A DNA stretch of 64,000 bases from assembly GCA_050949505.1 (NCBI GenBank), contig JBMNFV010000001.1:509644-573643 (forward strand), in the 5' to 3' direction. The notes below the pieces were generated by a model. That model did not search any database, was not told the origin of the DNA, and saw nothing but the letters and a program-made list of their open reading frames with translations. Source of the stretch: Patescibacteria group bacterium. GTDB lineage: Bacteria; Patescibacteriota; Patescibacteriia; Patescibacteriales; UBA12465. This document shows, piece after piece, positions 45,191 to 54,071 of the stretch (position 1 is its first letter; every line of letters starts with the position of its first letter). Position numbers and translations under genes: made by a program.

Positions 45191-46630
45191 TTAAACTTTA
45201 TAAGATCTTTTAATTTTTAAATCATCGGTCTCTTGCTTATCAGCAATCACCTCCCTAGCCCGTTCTCGCAGATCACTTAACTCTAATTTATTTAACTCTA
45301 GCACTCGCTGCTCTAAATGATTGGAGTTGTTAAGTGCAGGGTCTTCTATTACTTCCGCTAAGAGAACATCTAGCAACGCGCCAATTTTTGGTCCGGGAGA
45401 GATTTGGAGTAGTTTCATAATATCTTCCCCATTAATCTTTAACATTTTAACAGAAACCGGATCATTTTGCACCTTAGCCATCATGTATTGTAAATGACGG
45501 AGTTTATAGGGCATGGCCTTAGGAGTGCCCGAACCGAGACGATCAGCAACCCGCAAGTCTATTAGGTCCTGGAGATTCTCTCGTCCCACTTTAGCAATCA
45601 GTCGCCTCACCGAGGCAGCACTGACCTCGCCGACATTATAATAGAACATATGGTTTCTGACTAGATTAACCACTCTGTCCTTATCGGTATTAGAAAATTT
45701 TAAGCGAGTCATTATCTTAGCCACCATCTTAGCCCCAACATATTCATGATTGTAGAAAGTATCTACCCCCTTAATTCTCTGTTTAGTTCGCGGCTTAGCA
45801 ATATCATGAAGTAAGGCAGCTAATCTCACAGGCCATTCTTGGTTAGGGCAATGCTTCAGCGCTAAGAGATTATGCTTAAAGACAGGATAAATATGATGAT
45901 GGTTTTGCTTGACTCCCACCCCTTCAATTAGTTCTGGTAAAATATACTGCAATAATTTGGTTTCATAAAGAAGCTTTATCCCCTCATAGGGCCGTTCTGA
46001 GGCTAATATTTTTATTAACTCATCCCTAATCCTTTCCTGGGAAACAAATTTTAGACTACCGGCCAGCTTAACAATTGCTCGTTGAGTTTTAGGCTCTAGG
46101 GCAAAACCTAATTGAGCGCTAAAGCGAATCGCCCTTAACATTCGCAAGGCATCCTCTTTAAAGCGATCACTAGGTTCTCCGACGGATCTAATAATCTTTT
46201 TCTTGATGTCTTTTTCTCCACCAAACAAATCTACCAACTCCTTGCTCTCCACCTCTAGCGCTAAAGCATTGATGGTGAAGTCACGTCGCTCTAAATCTTT
46301 ATCTAATTCTGTTTCAAACTTTACCTCATCAGGATGGCGACGATTAGAATAGTTTTGCTCACTACGATAGGTGGTAATTTCTAAAACTGTAACCACCTGC
46401 TCACTGCCTGCCTCTCTAATTGGATACAAAACTGTTCCAAAGTCATTCTCATATTTAGCCTGAGGAAAGATTTTTAAAATCTCCTCTGGGACAGCATTGG
46501 TGGTAATGTCCCAATCATGAGGAGTTTTGCCCATCAATAGATCACGCACACAACCGCCGACTAGATAGGCCTCATAGCCGGCGGTAGTAATATCGTTGAT
46601 TGCTTGTTGTAGATATTTAGGTATGTTCAT
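45191..46630 (-). CDS. cca: CCA-adding enzyme / poly(A) polymerase family with HD domain
   Basis: GGCVRDLLMGKTPHDWDITT, RDFTINALA, and an HD region LLHDIAKP. Confidence 0.85.
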   Translation of the reverse strand: MNIPKYLQQAINDITTAGYEAYLVGGCVRDLLMGKTPHDWDITTNAVPEEILKIFPQAKYENDFGTVLYPIREAGSEQVVTVLEITTYRSEQNYSNRRHPDEVKFETELDKDLERRDFTINALALEVESKELVDLFGGEKDIKKKIIRSVGEPSDRFKEDALRMLRAIRFSAQLGFALEPKTQRAIVKLAGSLKFVSQERIRDELIKILASERPYEGIKLLYETKLLQYILPELIEGVGVKQNHHHIYPVFKHNLLALKHCPNQEWPVRLAALLHDIAKPRTKQRIKGVDTFYNHEYVGAKMVAKIMTRLKFSNTDKDRVVNLVRNHMFYYNVGEVSAASVRRLIAKVGRENLQDLIDLRVADRLGSGTPKAMPYKLRHLQYMMAKVQNDPVSVKMLKINGEDIMKLLQISPGPKIGALLDVLLAEVIEDPALNNSNHLEQRVLELNKLELSDLRERAREVIADKQETDDLKIKRSYKV

Positions 46631-46633
46631 TCT

Positions 46634-47500
46634 TTAATTACTTCTTCTCTTTATTCTCACTAAATCTTGATAGAGCTTATAGAAGAAAATAGGAGCTAGC
46701 AGGTAGGCAATAACACTAAATGATAATAGAGTTAAATTAGCTACTCTAAATATGAGCTCATTCAAAGATTCTGGCCCCAAGTAGGTGATAAGATTAAAAA
46801 ATATTTCTATAAATAAGGTTGCAAGTCCAATGATCATGCTTAAGCCTAAAATATAGAAAAAAACTTGCCACGAATAATTCCTAACTAATTCTTGACTACG
46901 TATAAATATTTCCACCCCTCTCTTTTCCTCGAAAAAGAAAACATATACTGCTAACATATAGTAGACACAAAAGGAGGTATTTACTACCAATATAGCAGAT
47001 ACTGCTAATATATAGTGGATATAAGAAAATATCCCAACCAAAAGCATGGAAAAAAATAAAAATAAAGTAATAATAGTGAACTGTAATCCCACAAAAATTA
47101 AAGCAGATTTTTTAGATTGCTGATAAGACTCTTTGCTAGTTTTTTTATAATCATTTTTTAAAAGATAAAAAATAGCTAATATTCCTCTAGATATAAAATA
47201 AGCGAAAATCAACACAAAAAGTATATTCATCACAATATTTATCACTAAAAAAACTTGTGATTCCTGAGATCCCTCTATTGTAGCAATCAACAGTAACTTT
47301 ACAAACCAAATAACTACCACTACAAGAATCGAGGCCCCAATACTCCACAAGGCTACTCTAAAAAAAATACCAAGTAATTTTCGTAAATTTTGCCACCCCT
47401 CTTTAAGCGTCTCCTTGATTAGACTAAAAAATGGCTTCAATTTAGGCCTAATAATATCAGTCTTAGTGGGTTTTTCTTTTTTACTTTCAATAATTTTCAT
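46634..47500 (-). CDS. hypothetical polytopic membrane protein
   Basis: 288-aa ORF with about 6 hydrophobic segments. No family recognised. Confidence 0.7.
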   Translation of the reverse strand: MKIIESKKEKPTKTDIIRPKLKPFFSLIKETLKEGWQNLRKLLGIFFRVALWSIGASILVVVVIWFVKLLLIATIEGSQESQVFLVINIVMNILFVLIFAYFISRGILAIFYLLKNDYKKTSKESYQQSKKSALIFVGLQFTIITLFLFFSMLLVGIFSYIHYILAVSAILVVNTSFCVYYMLAVYVFFFEEKRGVEIFIRSQELVRNYSWQVFFYILGLSMIIGLATLFIEIFFNLITYLGPESLNELIFRVANLTLLSFSVIAYLLAPIFFYKLYQDLVRIKRRSN

Positions 47501-47531
47501 TTACGCAAGAATTAGATTGATTAAGGTTTGC

Positions 47532-48542
47532 TTAAATAAACTTCTTAACGTAGTCAGCTAGGTCAACTAAGCGATTAGAGTAGCCCCACTCATTGTCATA
47601 CCAAGCAATCACCTTAAGCAGGTCGCCAGCAACAACTGCCGTTGACTGAAGATCAACAATAGCACTATGAGGGTTGCCCACGATATCACTAGAGACTAGA
47701 TAATCATTGCTTGCCTCCAGAATTCCTTTTAGTTTTCCTTGAGAAGCTTTAACAAACTCCGCTTTAACTGCCTCGGGAGTAGTTTTTTTAGCTAAAACAT
47801 AAGTAATGTCGCACAAGGAACCAACAGGAATTGGCACTCGCAAGGCTAGACCATTAAACTTATCCTTAAGACTAGGAATAGTCTCCGCTACTGCTGTAGC
47901 TGCTCCGGTAGTGGTTGGTACTATATTAACCGCTGCCGCCCGAGCGCGACGCAAATCTTTGTGTGGCCCATCAACAATGTTTTGGTCAGCTGTATAAGCA
48001 TGAACCGTGGACATAACTGCTTTTTTAATGCCAAACTTTTCTCTAATTACCTTAGTGGTAGGAGCCAAGCAATTAGTGGTACAAGAGGCACAAGAGAAAA
48101 CATGATCGCTTTTATTTAACTTATTCTCATTAACCCCCATCACTATTGTTTTGCAACCCTTACCTGGAGCTGAGACAATCACCTTCTTAGCGCCTGCTCC
48201 TAGATGGGCGCTGGCTGCCTCCTGAGTGCGAAATATTCCGGTGCATTCTAAAACAACATCCACTTTTAGCTTCTGCCAAGGTAATTGACTAGGGTCTTTC
48301 TCAGAAAAAACTGAAAACTTCTGCTTACCAATTCTTAGAGAATCTTTAGTACTTTTTATCTCCCGATGATATTTCCCATAACAAGAATCAAATTGAAGTA
48401 GTTGGGCAAGAGTCTGGGTGTCAGTTAGGTCATTAATTGCCACTACCTTAAGCTGAGGGTATTTGTCTAAAATAATCTTAAATGAAGCTCGGCCAATCCG
48501 GCCAAAGCCGTTAATCGCTACCTTGAGTTGTTTTTTTGCCAT
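47532..48542 (-). CDS. gap: type I glyceraldehyde-3-phosphate dehydrogenase
   Basis: NGFGRIGR, active-site SCTTNCLAP, and WYDNEWGYS. Confidence 0.95.
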   Translation of the reverse strand: MAKKQLKVAINGFGRIGRASFKIILDKYPQLKVVAINDLTDTQTLAQLLQFDSCYGKYHREIKSTKDSLRIGKQKFSVFSEKDPSQLPWQKLKVDVVLECTGIFRTQEAASAHLGAGAKKVIVSAPGKGCKTIVMGVNENKLNKSDHVFSCASCTTNCLAPTTKVIREKFGIKKAVMSTVHAYTADQNIVDGPHKDLRRARAAAVNIVPTTTGAATAVAETIPSLKDKFNGLALRVPIPVGSLCDITYVLAKKTTPEAVKAEFVKASQGKLKGILEASNDYLVSSDIVGNPHSAIVDLQSTAVVAGDLLKVIAWYDNEWGYSNRLVDLADYVKKFI

Positions 48543-48591
48543 ATAATAAGAAATTAAATTAATAATGTGTTTATTATATCATATTATTAAC

Positions 48592-48630
48592 AAAAAAACA
48601 CCCGCTTTTTAAGAGCGGATGTTTATTTTT
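48592..48630 (-). terminator. intrinsic terminator after tsf
   Basis: Stem cacccgct / agcggatg (one mismatch), followed on the minus strand by T7. Confidence 0.6.
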
Positions 48631-48641
48631 TGCTTAACTAT

Positions 48642-49436
48642 TTAGAAAGTGTAGTTAACAAATTTTAAGACCTTCACCTCTCCTAAGATGTCTTTAACCT
48701 TCTGCTTGTCCTCCTTAATATATTCCTGATCCACTAGACAGACCTCACTATAGTATCTAGCCTCCTTGCCAGCTAAAATTTTAGTTATCATTTCCTCAGG
48801 CTTCCCTTCTTTAGCTAATTGTTCTCGGTGAATAGCCATCTCTCTAGCCAGTTCTCCCGCATCCACCTCGCTAGAGTCTAGATATTTTGGCTGAGCAGCG
48901 GCAACTTGCATCGCTATTTCTTTAGCTAATTCGGCTTGTCCAGGAGTATCTAGCGCCACTAAAACGCCAATTTTTCCACCTAAGTGGGAATAAGCGGTTA
49001 CAGTTGAGCCAGTAATAATGTCAAAGCGCTTAATACTCATCTTTTCACCAATAGTTCCACTTAAATTATCTAAGTCCTCCTGAACACTACCAATAGTCAT
49101 TTTAGCCGCTAATAGTTCTTCTAAGTTTTGTGGCTTAGTTTCTTTAATGACTTTTAAGACTGTTTCTGCAAATTCTTGGAAGGTTTCATTACGAGAAACG
49201 AAGTCGGTCTCAGAATTCATTTCAACTATATACCCCTCTGTTCCCTCTTCATTGGTAGCCACCTTAATCACTCCCTCGTTAGCCTCGCGGTCAGTTCTTT
49301 TAGAAGCCTTGGCAATCCCTTTTTTTCTTAATAAATCTACCGCCTCTTCTAGATTATTATTTGTCTCTTTGAGAGCTTTTTGGCAGTCTACCATACCGGC
49401 TCCCGTGATTTGACGCAATTGCTTTAATAGTTCCAT
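48642..49436 (-). CDS. tsf: translation elongation factor Ts
   Basis: LRQITGAGMVDCQKALKETNNNLEEAVDLLRKKG (UBA-like N-terminus). rpsB lies immediately upstream. Confidence 0.92.
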   Translation of the reverse strand: MELLKQLRQITGAGMVDCQKALKETNNNLEEAVDLLRKKGIAKASKRTDREANEGVIKVATNEEGTEGYIVEMNSETDFVSRNETFQEFAETVLKVIKETKPQNLEELLAAKMTIGSVQEDLDNLSGTIGEKMSIKRFDIITGSTVTAYSHLGGKIGVLVALDTPGQAELAKEIAMQVAAAQPKYLDSSEVDAGELAREMAIHREQLAKEGKPEEMITKILAGKEARYYSEVCLVDQEYIKEDKQKVKDILGEVKVLKFVNYTF

Positions 49437-49459
49437 AGTAATAAAATTAAGTTTATAAA

Positions 49460-50155
49460 TTACTTAGCAGCCGCTTGGCGCGCTGAGAGTAGGGTGGCTC
49501 TAATTGACTCTAAAATAACTTTTATAGTCTTAGTGGAGTCATCGTTAGCCGGAATAGGGTAATTAATTCCCTCAGGATTAACATTGGTATCGCAAATAGC
49601 AATTACTGGAATATTCTTTTTCCGCGCCTCTTTAACTGCAGTTGACTCTTCTCTAATATCCCAAACAAACAGAGCATCAGGTAATTTATTTAAAGAAGTT
49701 ATTCCCCCCACTCGTAACTCTAGTTTGGCAATATCTCGATCAAAATTAAGTTGTTCTTTTTTAGTATATTTATCCAACTTACCTGACTCTTTTTGCTCTT
49801 TAAGGTCTAGATATTTTTTGACAGACTTCTTCACCACCGCAAAATTAGTTAAATATCCCCCTAACCACTTCCCGACCACATAGGGTTGAGAAATTTCTTC
49901 CGCTAATTCTTTTAAGGGTTGTGCTACCTGACTCTTGGTGCCAACAAAAAGAATACTTTTGCTCTCACCAACTAACTTAGCCATAAACTCTAAAGCCTCT
50001 TCTAGCTTGGCTTGAGTTTTTTTCAAATCAATAATATAGACCCCATTTTTATCAGTGTAAATATATGGTGCCATCTTAGGATGCCAACGATTAGTTCGGT
50101 GGCCAAAATGCATGCCCGCTTTGAGCATTTCCTCTAAACTAGGAATTTTAATCAT
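49460..50155 (-). CDS. rpsB: 30S ribosomal protein S2
   Basis: MIKIPSLEEMLKAGMHFGHRTNRWHPKM... The ATG at 50155 is preferred to the track start at 50206. Confidence 0.93.
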   Translation of the reverse strand: MIKIPSLEEMLKAGMHFGHRTNRWHPKMAPYIYTDKNGVYIIDLKKTQAKLEEALEFMAKLVGESKSILFVGTKSQVAQPLKELAEEISQPYVVGKWLGGYLTNFAVVKKSVKKYLDLKEQKESGKLDKYTKKEQLNFDRDIAKLELRVGGITSLNKLPDALFVWDIREESTAVKEARKKNIPVIAICDTNVNPEGINYPIPANDDSTKTIKVILESIRATLLSARQAAAK

Positions 50156-50271
50156 ATTTTTCTTTGTTACGTCGACTCTGTTTAGGTAATATGCAATATT
50201 ACCCAAGAAATTTAATCAGAGCCTGATTTATAAGTAAAAATAACAGACCCTTAGTGAGGATCTCTGCTTTA

Positions 50272-50300
50272 ATAATAAGGTAATCACTCCTGTTTGTCAA
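50272..50300 (-). promoter_or_regulatory. sigma70-type promoter for rpsB-tsf
   Basis: Minus-strand TTGACA (50300-50295), 17-nt spacer, TATTAT (50277-50272). Confidence 0.6.
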
Positions 50301-50473
50301 GGAGTCTAGGCAATGTGTCTACCTAGATAACAATTGCCATAAAGCCCTATCTTTAGCATATTTTTATATTCTTTTTATCTTTACTTGATTTTTTTAGCAA
50401 ATTATGTTATGGTTAATCCAGTACATTAATAATTTAGAGCCTTCTCTCCGGGTTTAAAGGAGAGTAGTATATC

Positions 50474-50815
50474 ATGAGAAAAGACAAAATTCATCCAGCT
50501 ATCTGCTGGACTGCTAAGAGTTTATTAGCTCTGGCAATCGGAGTGGCAGTATTTGTTATTAGCAATTTATTGCTAAACACTGCTACCAGTGCTCTTTTGG
50601 GAGTATCCGTAAGTTATATTTATGTAACTTACCAGGTCTCCTGGAACTCAAGATACCACCAAAATCCTTTGGTGGGGATCTTTATCCTTCTCTCTTTTGT
50701 TGGGTTTTTAGCTGGACTATTTTTTAGTTTAAGCTTTACCCTAATCTCTTTTTGTCTATTTGTTACCAGTTTAATCTTCGGCCTATTCAAAGTGGGCTCC
50801 GAAGAAATGACCTAG
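50474..50815 (+). CDS. hypothetical small membrane protein
   Basis: 113 aa with 3-4 hydrophobic segments. The SD-like aaggagag (50457-50464) lies in the 3' arm of the small hairpin ctctcc(50444-50449)/ggagag(50459-50464). Confidence 0.65.
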   Translation: MRKDKIHPAICWTAKSLLALAIGVAVFVISNLLLNTATSALLGVSVSYIYVTYQVSWNSRYHQNPLVGIFILLSFVGFLAGLFFSLSFTLISFCLFVTSLIFGLFKVGSEEMT

Positions 50816-50820
50816 TAATC

Positions 50821-50853
50821 AAAAATACCCGACTAAACTAGTCGGGTTTTTTA
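50821..50853. terminator. bidirectional intrinsic terminator
   Basis: A5 - cccgacta(50828-50835) / tagtcggg(50839-50846) - T6. Confidence 0.75.
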
Positions 50854-50898
50854 TTAACAATTAATTAGCACTGTTCTGCTGATTAAGGGTTTGTAGGC

Positions 50899-52383
50899 CT
50901 ACTTTTGATAGAGATTGGCTAATAGTGAATTTAGGGTAGCTGCTAAGGAGTTTTGTCGCGAGGCTAGCTGGCGATAACTGGTGGTAAGCTCATTGTATTT
51001 GGCCACTAATTCATTGTAGCTAATTACTCCTTGATTATATTCCTTAAGCTTTCCCTGTTGGTATTGACTAGCTAGTTCTTGTTGCCTCTTGTCTAGCTCT
51101 TCTTTTTTTACCTTTAAAACCTCTAAAGAGGTGGTTAGTTCTAGCTCTAAGCTAGTTAATTCATTTTGAGCCCTTTGAAAGTTAGCAATTTTCTGCTTAG
51201 TACTATCTAGGCCCTGATAAACTAGCCCTGAACTAGTTTGGTATATTTCCAATTCTCCTAAACCCTGGTCGTTAAAAAAGTTATTTTCTTGTGAGATATT
51301 TTGCACCCGACCATCGCTAATGCTCTGAGGAATTACTCCCAAGGGAAAATAGTTAGTGGTTTCTATATAGCAATACCCTGTTTCTCGTAAAGAATCCTCT
51401 CGCGGGCAAGCCACACCAAGGGCACTATGATTAATTTCCGGAAAGTCTAAAATAGCGGCCCCATAACCCAAGTGGCGGAGTATTTTGAGTCCTAGAAAGA
51501 CTTTATCCGAGCAAACTCCTTTGTTAAGGTAGAGGGTTTCGTAGGGGTAATAGGGGTTAGTGTTTAGGCTATGGAGATTTTCCACCTTACCATTATCATA
51601 AGGAATGTATTGGACTAGCGCTAAGGCAAATTCTAGAAACTGATCACTAGACCAGTGTTTATCTTCAGCCAGTTTCTCCAATTTCTTTATTAAGTTTATT
51701 AAACTCTGGTCACCTTCTCGGGCAGAGAGAAACAGGCCATAAAAACTCTCTCGGGGATTGGCTGGCGGTTGATTGCTAGGGTAATATAGGGTTTTAGGGG
51801 ATTTTTGATAAACCTTAAAAAGCTCAGCGGAAAGGTCAAGGCCAACTTGATAGGCTTGATTTTGGTATTTAAAATTATAATAATGACTAGCGCTTTGAGA
51901 CTCTATGACTAACTCTTCTTTAAGGCTCTGCTTAGCCTGAGGAATGCGCGCTAAGTTCTGATTACTAATTCCTAAAGCTTGCTGACGCATTAAGGCAAAA
52001 GCATCCGCTGGTCGGCCCAGATAAAATAGTTTTAAGGTAAGGGGATTAATATAATAGGCTTGCCCTTTATCTTCTACTTGCAAAAGAATGCGGCCCGCTA
52101 AACGCTGGGGAGCAGTTTTGTTTAAGAATGACTCCAAATCACTATTACTCACTCCTAGGCCCCAAGTACGCATTAGCTCAAAAGCATCAGCGGGACGGCC
52201 TAAGTAATAGCGGTGATTATCTAAAGGATTAACATACCAGGCCTGCCCCTGCTCTTCTACTTGTAATAAGATCCGGCCTGATAAGTGCGGTAGTTCTTGA
52301 GCCTGCCCTGATTTAGCAAAAAAGATGCTAACTAATATAGCGAGGCTAATAATCAAGTAGTTTTTATTAATCCTTATTTTCAT
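50899..52383 (-). CDS. secreted protein: duplicated ~50-aa N-terminal module, transglutaminase-like core, C-terminal coiled coil
   Basis: Signal peptide. Two copies of GRILLQVE(E/D)(Q/K)GQA(W/Y)Y(V/I)NPL...YLGRPADAF(E/A)LMR (nt ~51946-52287). KGVCSDKVFLGLKILRHLGYGAAIL...NHSALGV...YIETT resembles a Cys-His-Asp/Glu transglutaminase-like core. Confidence 0.75.
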   Translation of the reverse strand: MKIRINKNYLIISLAILVSIFFAKSGQAQELPHLSGRILLQVEEQGQAWYVNPLDNHRYYLGRPADAFELMRTWGLGVSNSDLESFLNKTAPQRLAGRILLQVEDKGQAYYINPLTLKLFYLGRPADAFALMRQQALGISNQNLARIPQAKQSLKEELVIESQSASHYYNFKYQNQAYQVGLDLSAELFKVYQKSPKTLYYPSNQPPANPRESFYGLFLSAREGDQSLINLIKKLEKLAEDKHWSSDQFLEFALALVQYIPYDNGKVENLHSLNTNPYYPYETLYLNKGVCSDKVFLGLKILRHLGYGAAILDFPEINHSALGVACPREDSLRETGYCYIETTNYFPLGVIPQSISDGRVQNISQENNFFNDQGLGELEIYQTSSGLVYQGLDSTKQKIANFQRAQNELTSLELELTTSLEVLKVKKEELDKRQQELASQYQQGKLKEYNQGVISYNELVAKYNELTTSYRQLASRQNSLAATLNSLLANLYQK

Positions 52384-52409
52384 AACTTATTAACTAATCA
52401 GCCCTACCC

Positions 52410-53082
52410 TTAGTCAGCTAAGGCGGCAAATAAATCTTCCTTAGGAGTCTCTGGTAAGTGTCCAGCATTATTAATATAAGCAATCTTAACATAACCATCT
52501 CGATCTATAACTAATTTAGTGATAGATGACTGATATATCTCTAAGGATAAGAAGCCTAAGACGTCAGCGTTTAAAATTCCGGTTACCATTGCTTTAATTA
52601 AATTACCATGAGAAAAGATCGCTACTTTCTTGCCAAGATGTTTTTTAAAAATACTATTTAAAGTTCTTCTGGTCTTAGCCTGCATTTTGTCCAACTCTAA
52701 GTCGGCCTCTTGGTAATTAGGAAACTTTTTTTCTCTAGTTTTTTCTGACATATTAAAAAACTTAGCTCGCTGCCAATGGATCCAATTAATCTCGTTAAGC
52801 CGTTTGTCCACTATTAGCTTCTTGTTGGTTTTTTTTAAATATAGCTCTGCTGACTCTAAGGCTCTAGTTAGCTCACTAGAGTAGACAGCCGAAAAATTCA
52901 TTTTCACTAATCTATTGGTAAGCATGCTGCCTTTGTTTTAAGCCCGTCTTTGACAAGGGCATTTTTGCCTCACCAACTTTCTTTTCTAAATTATAATCAG
53001 GGTGGCAATGCCTAATTAAATAGATTTCCGTATAAGGCTTACGGGTCTTAGGCTTAACCTTAACGTAAGGATTTTTATACAT
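52410..53082 (-). pseudogene. histidine phosphatase (PGAM-like) gene split by a frameshift
   Basis: The 56-aa ORF 52912-53082 (my translation: MYKNPYVKVKPKTRKPYTEIYLIRHCHPDYNLEKKVGEAKMPLSKTGLKQRQHAYQ*) carries the RH catalytic motif. ORF 52410-52925 carries the rest (...FSAVYSSELTRALESAE...IFSHGNLIK). The two overlap by 14 nt in different frames. Confidence 0.7.
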
Positions 53083-53110
53083 AAAAATTAATTAACTTTA
53101 TTTTTAATAA

Positions 53111-54061
53111 TTATTTATTCGGTAAAATTATCTTAGCGGCCGCTAATTGATCTTTGAGCTTCAGTACTCGCTCTGGAGAGGTAAAGGTAAAGGGGCCAAA
53201 ACTCTGAGGAGCAATTAGTTTCAACTGATAAGCTGAACGATTACTTAATAGCTTAATTAACTGTTGAATGGCCAAGTCCTGGTCATTAATATTTTTTAAC
53301 AGCACATAGCTAAGATTTACCTGTCGCCCTCCTTGCTGTAAGTAGAAATCAATCGCTTTAAATAGGTCATAAATTGGTGAGCTAGCCGTCGCTTCTAAGT
53401 CGCGTCGCAGTTCATCATTGCTAGCCAGCAGAGAGATATTTAAAGAAATGGGTAATTTAGCACTAGCCAATTTTTTTAAGCCCGTAGCTGGTGCTGTGGT
53501 AACTATTCCTAAGCGCCGCCAGCCCTTCCCTAGAGTTTCTGGATTATTCATAAACTTAAGCGCCCTGACAACCTCTTTAACATTTAACAAGGGCTCTCCC
53601 ATGCCAGCCAAAATTATGCGATTAATCTTGTTAGTGGGCTTATTCTCTTTTAAATAGCGCTCCCAAAAAACCAACTGCTCAATAATTTCTTCCGCTTGTA
53701 AGTTACGCTTAGTCTTAAGGCCTGGCTTTAGGGATAGGCCATAAAAATTAGGGGCAGCTACTTGAGAAGCTAGATAAACTACTACCTCCTCTTTCCCAGT
53801 TATAGCTAAACTGGTCATTACTTTTTCGCCATCTTCAAGGCTAATTAGGGCTTGTTGTTGCTTAGCAAAGACCGGCTTTTCCACTAACTCCGCCTTAATG
53901 GTTAAGGGGCAAGCGGCCTCTAATTTAGTTCGCAAGGATTGAGGGAAAGTTGATAGTTCTTGCCAGGAAGAGATAAAGTCTCGCCACAGGGCTTGATAGG
54001 CTTGCTGGTAACGATACTGAGGCTCTTGGCTTAAAATATTTGATAAATTTTTTAAATTCAT
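53111..54061 (-). CDS. RlmN/Cfr-like radical-SAM-fold protein lacking all cluster and catalytic cysteines
   Basis: Collinear with E. coli RlmN as I recall it (ASQV..., KRNLQAEEIIEQL, AGMGEPLLN, LNISLLASNDELR, LSYVLLKNIND). The CxxxCxxC region instead reads YLASQVAAPNFYGLS. The whole protein has only one Cys. Confidence 0.8.
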   Translation of the reverse strand: MNLKNLSNILSQEPQYRYQQAYQALWRDFISSWQELSTFPQSLRTKLEAACPLTIKAELVEKPVFAKQQQALISLEDGEKVMTSLAITGKEEVVVYLASQVAAPNFYGLSLKPGLKTKRNLQAEEIIEQLVFWERYLKENKPTNKINRIILAGMGEPLLNVKEVVRALKFMNNPETLGKGWRRLGIVTTAPATGLKKLASAKLPISLNISLLASNDELRRDLEATASSPIYDLFKAIDFYLQQGGRQVNLSYVLLKNINDQDLAIQQLIKLLSNRSAYQLKLIAPQSFGPFTFTSPERVLKLKDQLAAAKIILPNK

Positions 54062-54071
54062 AACCGCTTAT

